Of a stretch of 64,000 nucleotides of DNA, positions 1 through 10,227 are shown in pieces. Within the stretch, counting starts at the first letter, position 1. Each line of letters opens with the position of its first letter. The notes below the pieces were generated by a model. The model made no database searches, had not been told where the DNA came from, and was given only the letters and a program-made list of their open reading frames with translations. Origin of the DNA: Callorhinchus milii (lineage: Eukaryota); contig NW_024704743.1 of the NCBI RefSeq assembly GCF_018977255.1, forward strand, positions 67,148,001 through 67,212,000, given 5' to 3'. The translations under genes and the position numbers were made by a program.

Positions 1-325
1 TCTACTACCCTGCTTGCTCCCTCCGCTCAGTGGGCTCCTTCCTGCCTGGTTCACATCCTCTGCCTTGCCTGCTCCACCATCAGTGGGCGGGCCTTCTGCC
101 ACTTTGCCCTTACCCTCTGGAACTCCACCATGCACTCTCTCCGCCTTGCCCCCTCCCTTGCCTCCTTCAAGACCCATTTCAAGATCCTCCTATTCGACCA
201 TGCTTTCGATTACCCTGTTTCCCAATCCCAACCCCCAGCTCGGGACCGAAATGCTGACTGTCCAGCGCCTTGGGACGTCCTCCCGACTTGAAAGGCACTA
301 TACAAATGTAATTTTGTTGTTGTAT
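1..325 (+). mobile_element. L2-clade LINE, 3' end
   Basis: GGRAF...LWNS...FKTHLK C-terminal motif remnants; tail GGGACGTCCTCCCGAC...(TTG)n. Confidence 0.85.
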
Positions 326-372
326 TTTGTTGTATGTAGGGCCATCATATAAGGTCTTTTATCCCATCCCTG

Positions 373-680
373 TGGAGTCCTGTAGCTCAGTGGTTAGAGC
401 ACTCGCTTTGCAAGTGAGAGACCTGAGTTCAATTCCAGGCAGAGGGCGAAACCTTGGGCAAGTTTCCTTACTCCACACAGAGCCTAATACTAATCTCTCC
501 AAAAACCAAAAACAATAATAAATTGGTCATTTTCAATATACGACTGTTTGTGGGACATTGCTGTGCGCAATTGGCTGCCGTGTTCGCCCACAAATATACA
601 GTCAATTCACGTTACAGTGTGTTCTGTGAAGCGCTTTGGGACGTCCTCCCGACGTGAAAAGCGCTATATCAAATGCAAGG

Positions 681-715
<35 letters not shown>
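373..715 (+). mobile_element. Young tRNA-Ala-derived SINE, full length
   Basis: A box TAGCTCAGTGG, anticodon arm CTCGC-TTTGCAA-GTGAG, B box GTTCAATTCC, Deu-like 3' part, L2-like tail, (TTA)n. Confidence 0.92.
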
Positions 716-749
716 CCCCTGCACATCGCCCCCTCCCCCCCATCAGTCT

Positions 750-995
750 TTCAGATGTCTCAAAGTGCTTCACAGAATATACTGTAAAGTGAATTGACTG
801 TATATTTTGTGGGAAAAATGTGGCAGCCAATTGTGCACAGCAGAGTTCCACAAACAGTTCCAATCGGCTAATGACCGGATTCCTGCTTACTACTAGGTAA
901 ACAGAGCCGTGTGGAGTAAAGAAGCTTGCCCAAAGTTTCGCCCTCCTGGCAATTGAACCCAGGTCTCTCGCTTGTGAGGCAAGCGCTTTCACCAC
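750..995 (-). mobile_element. tRNA-derived SINE, older long variant, partial (also at ~10260-10506 and ~19640-19888)
   Basis: Reverse-complement head plus the GTTTACCTAGTAGTAAGCAGGAA segment. Confidence 0.8.
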
Positions 996-1002
996 TGAAA
1001 TT

Positions 1003-1130
1003 TAGATTAATACCTGAGATAAAAGGGGTTAAACTATGATGAGATGCTGGGCAGAATTCCTCAGCATTGAGAAGGTTAAGGGGTGATATGATTAAGGTGT
1101 TTAAAATAATGAAGGGAATTAACATGTTAG
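1003..1130 (+). mobile_element. CR1 fragment (also duplicated at ~10514 and ~19897)
   Basis: RRLRGDMIKVFKIMKG, the CR1 ORF2 C-terminal motif. Confidence 0.75.
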
Positions 1131-1759
1131 GTAGCTATACCACTCTGGTAAAAGGATCAAAACAAGGAGACATAATTCTTAATAGTATGACAAGGGCTGT
1201 TGAGTTGAACATTAAAGATCCCTGTGTCCTGGTCAAAGCCTCAAATAAAATTGGTGATTCACTTCATGTTTGTGGGATATTTCTGTGTGCAAATTGTCTG
1301 CCAAGTTTGCCTACAAATACACAGTAACTACACTTTACAGTAAATCTCATGGAGCACTTTGAGACGTTTCAAGGATGTGGTAAGGTGCTATATCAAATGC
1401 AGTAATTACAAATAATAACAATAAGATAAGAGGTAGTCGTAGTATTGAGAAAAAATTGCCAATATTGGCTTTTGGTCAGAGTAGATTTTTTAATTATAAA
1501 ACTACTAATAATTCTAATAATAAGTGTGCATTCCATTCCAATATATGGGAACTTCCTTGTATAGGTGGGATGCACAGAATTCTCAGTTTGGTTTGGATAC
1601 TCTTAAGTATGGTGATGGCTTTCCGCATGTGTCAGACACCCAGCTAAAAAAAAACTTCTCCAGTCTTGCCCCACACCATCTCTGAGATCTTTGTTAATGT
1701 CCCACAACAATAATGATCAGATATTGAAAAAAGAAAAACGTGTTTCATACCTTACTGTT

Positions 1760-2296
1760 TTACATTGCATTAAATGCATTGACCAGAATGTCAGAAAAGG
1801 CATCAGTTGTAATCTCACCGATGGTGGGAGTGCCCAAAATATTGCCAAATGCATCAGTTCCAATTTCACCGATATCCAGAATATTGGAAAAGGCCTTAGC
1901 TGCAATTTTAGTGATGGTGTGCTTTGAAGACCGCTGTTTCACTTTTGTAGTTGACCCACGGTCTGCTTGCGCCCAACTTAATGGGACAGATCTTAACGGC
2001 ACATAAACCATCTGGAGTGAGCGACCGGCAAAGTAAGTTGGAGCAGGGTTTTGGCAGGTTAATGCATAAAATGAAGCTTGAGGAAGAGGTGGAGCTATAG
2101 CATTTTGGCAGGTAAGCAGTGCTGATGAAACAACAGATTGATAGCTGATGTTTTGTGAGGGACCATAAACTGGATTTGGTGGATATGTTGGATATGGGGC
2201 ATATGGTGATGTTGGAGGACACGATGGATAAGGGGGCGCGTGCCATCCAGGTGCACAGGGTCCATCGCTTGGGACAAAGTGGTGAGGTTGCAGAGC
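1760..2296 (-). CDS. Candidate orphan gene, copy 1: terminal coding exon (Pro/Tyr-rich, 178 aa + stop)
   Basis: TTTCATTTTGCAG acceptor opens a phase-0, 537-nt ORF with no TE similarity that I recognise. Internal DNA repeats are spaced 54, 51 and 42 nt, all multiples of 3. ATTAAA lies downstream at 1494-1489. Confidence 0.65.
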   Translation of the reverse strand, partial: ALQPHHFVPSDGPCAPGWHAPPYPSCPPTSPYAPYPTYPPNPVYGPSQNISYQSVVSSALLTCQNAIAPPLPQASFYALTCQNPAPTYFAGRSLQMVYVPLRSVPLSWAQADRGSTTKVKQRSSKHTITKIAAKAFSNILDIGEIGTDAFGNILGTPTIGEITTDAFSDILVNAFNAM

Positions 2297-3489
2297 CTGC
2301 AAAATGAAATCATAATAAAGAATGTTTATATCCACAGTCCTGTCTATACCAAAATAAATTCAATGCAGATATGCAGTTGTGAGTGAGAATTAACTGTGCT
2401 ATCTCCAAAGGTTAGTCATACCATACTTAAGTGTAGGATTGGTTTTGGTACAAAATTGACTTATTTTTCTGAACAAAACTAAAATAAAACATTTATTTTC
2501 TTTACAACAAAATTACATTTGTAAAGCACCTTTCACGTCAAAAGTTTGCAACTAAAAGCCACATTAGCAATGTCAATGTTGTGTAGCCACTGGAAAATGA
2601 ACCGGTGATGTAAAGGGTTACTCCAGGGAATTCACTTTACAGTAACACAATCTCACAAAACATTGGGAACTACTGAGTTCTTGTTAGAACTGAAGAAGTG
2701 AGACGAAAGCTGTTGGCTCTTGGGTCAGCTTTAGGCATAAGGGTTTCTTATACACCATCATGTCCACTGTCCACAATTTGATCATATCATGTGTGATCTT
2801 GCTATTTTCACTGCTATTTTTGTCAGTTTTTAATCTCTGCTGACAAAACTCACTCGTGGTGGCATGCCATTCAGTCCATCACGCTAGTCACCATTCCTCA
2901 AGTGTGAGCCTGGAGGGTAAGATCTCGGAGGCTGTGTGACAATGGGGGGGCATCCCAGCCAAAATTAAGACTGAAATATACAAATTTTCTGATCTATGGC
3001 ACAATCTTTACATTTTAAGGCAATGTTAAAATCAAGAGACTTTGAGCGTCAGGATCTGAAACCATACAATTTGTGGTTTATACGTTTTGGAAAAACAAGT
3101 TGATGATATGAAAATATTACAGCAATAAAATGAGATAATAAACTCTTCATTCAGGCAAAAATTAGCTCAACGCATGATTTGCAATAAGGATTTGCTACAC
3201 AAGGGTCTGTTTCAATACTAGAAGAAGACAAGTGGTATATTCGGGTCTGGAGATAATTATTGCCTTTAGGTTAAGCTTAGGTATATTTCTTTTAAGGGTA
3301 ATCAATTCTTTGTGTGGAAGAATCAAACCAGTTTGTCTCTCTGCAATTCTCTTGATGGTGACTTGTTAGGAAATGGAATAAACTCTAAACATAGAATTGT
3401 TCCACAAAATTTCCGCTGAGTGCTTTTTGTCATGTTGCAGCGCTTTTAATAAACATTCAAAGAGAAGATGCACATTTTTCATTCAGTAC

Positions 3490-3575
3490 CTGAGAGAACA
3501 TTTGTAGGTTAAAACTATATGGTAGAGGCTGAAGGATGTTTCCACAAGGTCCAGCAGCTTCTGCACTGTAAGCAC
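3490..3575 (-). CDS. Candidate orphan gene, copy 1: putative 86-nt upstream exon with start ATG at 3501-3499 (MFSQ)
   Basis: CTCCATTCAG acceptor and CAG|GTACTG donor. ATG TTC TCT CAG ends in phase 0 and joins in frame to the 1760-2296 exon. The donor is non-optimal. Confidence 0.42.
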
Positions 3576-3814
3576 CTGAATGGAGCAGTTTAAAGAATAT
3601 ATCTTAGACCACATCTTTCCTCCTTTTATGCAATATTGACCTTATTTTTCTTAAGAAAGCTACAATGATATAGGTAATCTTTACAATGTGGAGTGGATTA
3701 TGTAGTACTGGAATAAAGAACACATCAAGCAGCTTGGGAAAATATTTTGATGTTTCTTGATAGAAGCACCACAATTCCTCCTCTTTGCCTGTTGTCTTTG
3801 CCTATTTGGTTTAC

Positions 3815-3930
3815 CTGTCCTGGTATCAGATGAGGCCTCTTGAATATTGAGAAATCATAATATATCCTTCATAAAACCTTTGAATAACGTTTTGGCAAGG
3901 GATGGAGGAGGGGTTGCCTTGTAACTTTCT
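3815..3930 (-). other. Candidate orphan gene, copy 1: putative non-coding first exon
   Basis: CAG|GTAAAC donor at 3814-3809. The frame that would continue into the next exon contains a stop. The 5' boundary is a guess. Confidence 0.28.
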
Positions 3931-3936
3931 CTAAAT

Positions 3937-4190
3937 TGATTTAGTGAAGTCTATATTATTGTATAAGAAGTGATACAGTGAAAACCTTATATTTTTATTG
4001 TGTTAGAGGTGATTTAGTGAATAACATACTTTTTTGTGTAATAGGTGATATAGTGCAGACTTTATATTTTTAATTATGTAAGACTTGATTTAGTGAAGAC
4101 CTTATATTTTTATTGTGTAGGAGATGATATAGTGAAGACTTTATATTATTGTGTAAGAGGCGATATAGTAAAGACCTTTGTTTTTAATTC
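3937..4190. repeat. Degenerate AT-rich minisatellite, ~7 units of 34-40 bp
   Basis: Recurring unit TGAT(T/A)TAGTGAAGAC(C/T)TTATATTTTTATTGTGTAAGAGG. Confidence 0.85.
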
Positions 4191-4629
4191 AAGTACTCTG
4201 AGATGCTACCCCACATGAAAGGTGCTTTATAAATGCACATAAATGCAAGTTATTGTTGTTAATTCTGTAAAAGGTTCAACGATAAATTTCCTGATAATGC
4301 TTACAGGAAATGTGTCCTAAATAATTTTTTCTCACATTCTGTATTTGGCAATTATAGAATAATAGTGAGAAATAGATATAGGGTAAGTGAAATGTAAATA
4401 TACCCCCCCCTTCTGAAATTCTATCAAAATGATAATACACAAAATATTATTCATAATAATCACCCTGTCCAATTACCTAAGGTATATCCATCTTATTGTA
4501 TACACATGTTCTATGCCTCAGGGGGGAAATATGGTATAATGTATATTGTAGAATGGCTGCACGGGTGGGGGGGTAAGAAAGAAGGAGAATATAAAATGAT
4601 TAGAGGACAAATGAACATGCAGCATAATA

Positions 4630-4859
4630 TAATAATACTAATAATAATCCTTGCATTTGATATAGCGCCTTATCACGTCTTCGAGATATCCCTGGAAAAA
4701 TGATCTGCGAATGACTAACAACCAGGTTCCTACTTACTGCGAGGTAAACAGTGGTTGTGGAGTAAGGAAACTTGCCCAATATTTCGCCCTACCCGGGAGT
4801 CGAACCCAGGTCTCTCGCTTGTGCGGCGAGCGCTTTTACCACTGAGCTACAGGACTCCA
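4630..4859 (-). mobile_element. tRNA-derived SINE, long variant with internal deletion (duplicate at ~23510-23741)
   Basis: CCACTGAGCTACAGGACTCCA head at the right end and (TAA)n-CCTTGCATTTGATATAGCG tail at the left. Confidence 0.85.
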
Positions 4860-4989
4860 TAATGCTCCCTTTGGTCAGTTACAGAGCAGAGTGTGTGGAA
4901 CCTTGGGAGCAGTCAATGTAGTTGTGTCATTTTTGTATTTTTCAAATGCACTCCTCAATGGTCTCCCTAGTTCTACCATTCACAAGGTG

Positions 4990-5307
4990 TGGAGTCTGTA
5001 GCTCAGTGGTTAGAGCACTCATTTTGCAGTGAGAGACCTGAGTTCAATTCCAGCAGGGCGAAACCTTGGGCAAGTTTCCTTACTCCATACAGCCTAATAA
5101 TATCCCTCCAAAAAAAAAAACAATAATAAAAATTGGTCATTTTCAATCCACCGACTGTTTGTGGGACTTGCTGTGCGCAATTGGCTGCCTGTCGCCCACA
5201 AATATACAGTCAATTCACTTTACAGTGTGTTCTGTGAAGCACTTTGGGATGCCTCCCGACGTGAAAAGCGCTATATCAAATGCAAGGAATTATTATTATT
5301 ATTATTA
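4990..5307 (+). mobile_element. Young tRNA-Ala SINE
   Basis: Same structure as 373-715, flanked by the TSD-like AAGGT. Confidence 0.9.
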
Positions 5308-6647
5308 AGGTCCAGCTAATACAAACCTCCCCTGTCCACATTCTCATCCACACTAAACTGCAACCCCAATCTTTGCCAGGCTCCATTGGCTCCCTCTCTC
5401 AGAATGGATTAGCTTCAAGATACCTCATCCTCACATACAAATCCCTTCATACCCTAACCTCTCTACCCTGCTCATATCCAACTCCTCTGCCCACCCCTTT
5501 GCTTAGTTAACAACAACTTGCATTTATATAGTGCCCTTCACGTGGGTAGCATCTCGGAGCCTAGCATTGGTCTGTTGTGTGTCCCTCACTCCTCCGCTCC
5601 ACCATTGGTCAAAGAGGTAAGTTTTTAGGTGAGAGAGATTTAAAGCTAGATAAAGGGTGGCGAGACAGAGGGATTCAGGCTGGGAGTTCCAGGGATTAGG
5701 GCTGTAGTGGCTGAAGGCACAACCACCAATGGTGGAGCGGAGGAGTTGCGGTTATATTTAGGAATGTTAAATCTCACCAAGGGCATTCTGAATTATTCAG
5801 TTTGCAGATCTCACACATACAGGTGTGTATGCATGTTGAGTGGGGGGTGGGGTAACTGCCAGTTTAAAGTAATGAAGTTACCCACCTGTACTTGCCTGAA
5901 TTCCATGTCTGAGAAGGTGAAAATGACATCTGACTCAGAAGCTCTCTCAACATATAAAAATAAGGAGTTGTTTTCTTTTGTTCCATTTAATCATTGGGAT
6001 TATGTCTAATCAAAGTTCTGGCTCCTCAATGCTATCATGTGAACACTACTGAAAAGCTTTAGTGTATGAACCTCAAAGAGGTTCTTCTTTGACTTTTCTA
6101 TATGTAACATTTCAAGACAGGGAGGTGGTTTTCCCCTAAATGATTGGTTTTCTTTCTATTCCCCTCCTGCACTATGGAGAGGCAACTGTCCCTCTTTCTC
6201 CCCACCACCTACCCCCTTCCTCTCCGCTTGACATTGTTCATCTTAAATCCCCCCTCCTTTTCTCCCTGCTTAGAGATCTTCATTGTCATTGTGAATTGCT
6301 TTGAAACATACATCCTATATGAAAGGTACTACTGAAGTGCAAATTGTTGTTATTTTTCCACAGTACTGTTGCTGAGTTCCTTTACTTATCAAATGGAGGA
6401 TCACAAATGTAAACCTTGTCCAACTACTTCTTCCCTGACTGATGACTTGAGATGCTCTTAAGGCACCTGCTTGAAATGTGTGAAACAAGTGCAGATTGAC
6501 TTAAGAGTTATGAAGGTGCTCATTTCTGACAATCTGACAGATCAGGAACTCACTACATCAAGAGTAAGATTGCAAATCTTCCTCTTGTGACAAGACATCC
6601 TTTAAATTAAATTCAATCAAAAAAAATCAATCAATCTATATTCGAAG

Positions 6648-6810
6648 GCCCAAAGCACAGTGGTTAGTGTGCTTGCCTTGCAAGCAAGAAGACCCGTATT
6701 CGATTTCCAGGTGTGGGCGAAACTTTACGCAGGTTTCCTTACTCCACATGCCTCTGTTTACCAAGTAGTAAGTAGGAACCCGGTTGTTAATCGATTGGTG
6801 GATCACGTTC
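6648..6810 (+). mobile_element. tRNA-derived SINE, old long variant, 5' half (duplicate at ~16188-16345)
   Basis: Degenerate head plus TTTCCTTACTCCACATGCCTCTGTTTACC. Confidence 0.75.
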
Positions 6811-6829
6811 ACGGTAATGGCGGTAATGG

Positions 6830-7283
6830 TCTGTGTGTCAGTTTGGCGCAATGGTAGCACTCTCACCTCTTAGTCAGTAGGTTGTGAGTTTAAGCGTCAC
6901 ATCAGGACTTGGATTCACATTGTGTAAGCTGATATTTCAATGCAGTGTTGGGGGTGTGTTTCATTGTCGGAGGTGCCATACTTCGGATGAGGCGTTAAAC
7001 CGAGGTGCCATCAGCCTTTTCAGGTGGATGTTAAAAATTCCATGGCGATTTGAAAAGACTACGGAGTTTCTCCCATTTTTTGGCTAACAATCCGCCCCCA
7101 AATAGAATAAAATTGATCACTCACTCCATGGCTGTTTGTGGGATATTGCTGTGCGCAATTGGCTGCCGAGTTTCGCCCACAAATATACAACCAATTCACT
7201 TTACAGTACATCCTGTGAAGCGCTTTGAGACGTCTCAATGATGTAAAAAGGCCATATATCAAATGCAAGGATTATTATTATTA
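6830..7283 (+). mobile_element. Deu-domain SINE (SacSINE1/AmnSINE1-like), near full length (duplicate at ~16370-16821)
   Basis: TGTCGGAGGTGCC...TTCGGATGAG.CGTTAAACCGAGG...CAGGTGGATGTTAAAA...GCTGTTTGTGGGA..TTGCTGTGCGCAATTGGCTGCC, recalled as DeuSINE core motifs. Confidence 0.8.
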
Positions 7284-8338
7284 AAACTAAAGCAATAGTA
7301 ATAGAAAGATCATGGAAGGTAAACACATATTGTTAGATGCTTTAATTCAATCACTGTTACATCATCAGTTTATTGTTGAGCATTCTTCCCAGTTACTGTA
7401 CAGATGCAACATTTATTGAATTATTCATAGAATTTCACAGAATTCACAATTATGTTATTAATATATGTATTCATATAGGGGGAAAATATAACGAGGAACT
7501 CATTATGAAATGCCCCAAATTTCCTATGACCGTTCATTCTCCCATTCACCCAATTAATATTTGTCTAGTAAATAGTTGACTTATTTATCTAACTTATTGT
7601 AAACCCTGAGGATTGTGTATGTATATCATTTTTAAAATTCTCTAAGAATAAAGAAATCACTGCCCTGCACTCCAATAGAATCTATAATCAGAAAAGGAGT
7701 TCACAGTTGCATCTTGTACCAACAGAATACATTTATTTAAAAGTACCATAATTAAACGCCAATTAAGAAGCTATCAAATAATTAAAGAGATTTATTTGAG
7801 GATAATATATATGAAAGCAACTATGTTTAATGTTTTTAAATGAGGATTTTATTGTTGTGATGATTTACAATTATTACCAGCTGTGCAAAAATGCCTTATT
7901 GACAATTGTAGTCTATATTTATATGAAAATACTTTGAAGCATTTCATTTTAATGAAGGAGTTTGATGGCTCAATGTTCGGCTAAACTAAACGTTTTATAT
8001 AGCAGGAGGTCTAGCATTATAAAAGACATTCAACATTTTCATGGGAGAACTTGAACCCCACATGAATACAATAATGTACAATATAAATTTACATTTATAT
8101 AGTGCTATTTATGTTGGGAAGCATCAAAAGGCTGCTATATAAATGTCAGTTATTGTTGTTGTTGTTCTGCATACTCGAAGAGACTTTCCATTTTCATCTA
8201 CTTGTATACGTCCACTTCCCTCCATTGATTACAATTGTCAACTGTTACACCGTGGCTCTGAAAGATAACCAGGTCTCTGTTAATCTGCTGTACTATGAGT
8301 CATTGTTTCCCAGCTTCGCTCCTTCCTCTCCCGCCACA

Positions 8339-9845
8339 CCCTTCACAAACCCCTCCAATCAGGTTTCAGTGCCGCCCACAGCACAGAAATAGCCCTGTGG
8401 TCAAAGTGACAAATGACATTCTGTCCATCCATGACCAGGAGCTCCCTCTGCCTCCTCGCCTCCTTGACCTCTCTGCTACTTTCAACAATGTTGACCACTC
8501 TATCCTCATCTACTGCCTCTCCTCTCACCTCAACCTGCATGGTTCTGTCCTTGAATGGGTCAGATCGTACCTCTCACATCGTCCGACACTTCATCTCCAC
8601 AAAAGGTTTCTCCTCTAGCCCCCTCACTATCTCGTGCGGTGTTCCTCAGGGCTCTGTCCTTGGTCCCTCCTCTTCAATATCTATATGCTCCCTCTTGGTG
8701 ACATCATCTGTAGACATGGGGTCAACTTCCACATGTATGCGGATGACACCCAATTCTACCTCTCTGTCTCCACCCTCGACTCCAGGACCACTGCTGTGCT
8801 GATAGAATATCTGTCAGACATCAAGTCCTGGATGAGAGCGAACTTTCTTCAGTTGAACGTCAACGAGGCTCTCCTGATTGGCTCCTGTCAGTGCCTCCTC
8901 ACCTCAGGCGCTGACAGTATCACCATCCATGGTTGCACACCCCACCCCATTAAGCCAGTCTGGAACCTTGGGGTCTTGTTTGACCCTCAACTATCCTTTC
9001 TACCCCACAACTGCGCCATGATCCGCTCTGCCTTCCCCCACCTCTGCAACGTCACTTAGCTCCGATATTGTCTCACACCGCAGGCCACCGAAACCCTCAT
9101 ACACACATTTGTAACATCAAGGCTTGACTATGAAACTCCTTGCTTGTCGCCTCCCCAACTCCTCCCTCCATAGACTGCAGATCATCCAGAACTCTGCAGC
9201 CCGTGTCCTCTCCTGCACTAGGCCCGTGATCCATCACCCATCCGCCCTGGATCCCTCACTCAGAGAAAACCTTCATAACCTTTCCTCGGGACGTCAAACG
9301 CTTACGAACCACGTAGGTGACTAATGGCGACGCAGCCATTGGCGAATTCAAAAGTCGTAGATTAATGACCAATTTTTTTTTGGTTATAGGTCGGTGAAAG
9401 GAACTTCCAAGTGCTCGGATTGCTAGGCATTCAAGCAGTACCACTGCACAGATCCAGAACATTAGTCAGTCTCACCTTCAAAGCCCTCCATGGCCTTGCT
9501 CCCACTAACCCTGCAACCTCCTAACCTCTACTACCCTGCTTGCTCCCTCCGCTCAGTGGGCTCTTCCTGCCTGGTTCACATCCTCTGCCTTGCCTGCTCC
9601 ACCATCAGTGGGCGGGCCTTCTGCCACTTTGCCCTACCCTCTGGAACTCCACCATACACTCTCCCGCCTTGCCCCCTCCCTTGCCTCCTTCAAGACCCAT
9701 CTCAAGATCCTCCTATTCGACCATGCTTTCGATTACCCTGTTTCCCAATCCCAACCCCCAGCTCGGGACCGAAATGCTGACTGTCCAGCGCCTTGGGACG
9801 TCCTCCCGACTTGAAAGGCACTATACAAATGTAATTTTGTTGTTG
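8339..9845 (+). mobile_element. L2-clade LINE, 5'-truncated, decayed RT
   Basis: [24 protein letters not shown] and NLGVLFD motifs with frameshifts; (TTG)n tail. Confidence 0.92.
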
Positions 9846-9894
9846 TATCTTTTTGTATGTAGGGCCATCATATAAGATCTTTTATCCATCCCTG

Positions 9895-10227
9895 TGGAGT
9901 CCTGTAGCTCAGTGGTTAGAGCACTCGCTTTGCAAGTCGAGAGACCTGAGTTCAATTCCAGGCAGAGGGCGAAACCTTGGGCAAGTTTCCTTACTCACAC
10001 AAGCCTAATACTAATCCTCCAAAACCAAAAACAATAATAAATTGGTCATTTTCAATATACGACTGTTTGTGGGACATTGCTGTGCGCAATTGGCTGCCGT
10101 GTTCGCCCACAAATATACAGTCAATTCACGTTACAGTGTGTTCTGTGAAGCGCTTTGGGACGTCCTCGACGTGAAAAGCGCTATATCAAATGCAAGGATA
10201 TTATTAATTATTATTATTATTATTATC
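9895..10227 (+). mobile_element. Young tRNA-Ala SINE (duplicate of 373-715)
   Basis: Same sequence and flanks. Confidence 0.9.

Larger units (their letters stand above)
1..4912 (+). repeat. Segmental duplication, blocks C-D (paralog of ~18911-23794)
   Basis: Direct, near-identical match to 18911-23794. The match stops after GGGAGCAG. Confidence 0.97.

Noticed and set aside
373..445. tRNA-Ala gene-like sequence (many copies)
   Set aside because: No proper acceptor stem, and always fused to the same SINE body and tail, so these are SINE heads.
2160..2200. DAZAP2 assignment for the orphan (PTYP..NPVY resemblance)
   Set aside because: The similarity is confined to a short low-complexity motif, and the DAZAP2 C-terminal GGYTIW signature is absent.
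2297..2335. ORF-track start MDINILYYDFILQ as the true N-terminus
   Set aside because: This segment is the polypyrimidine tract and acceptor of the intron. Splicing is the more likely entry.
3937..4190. CRISPR-like array (period ~37 bp)
   Set aside because: Whole units are similar with no unique spacers, the context is vertebrate, and there are no cas genes.
4990..5307. Many 1-2 bp deletions relative to the paralog at 14508-14831, read as rapid evolution
   Set aside because: The indel-only pattern is typical of long-read consensus error.
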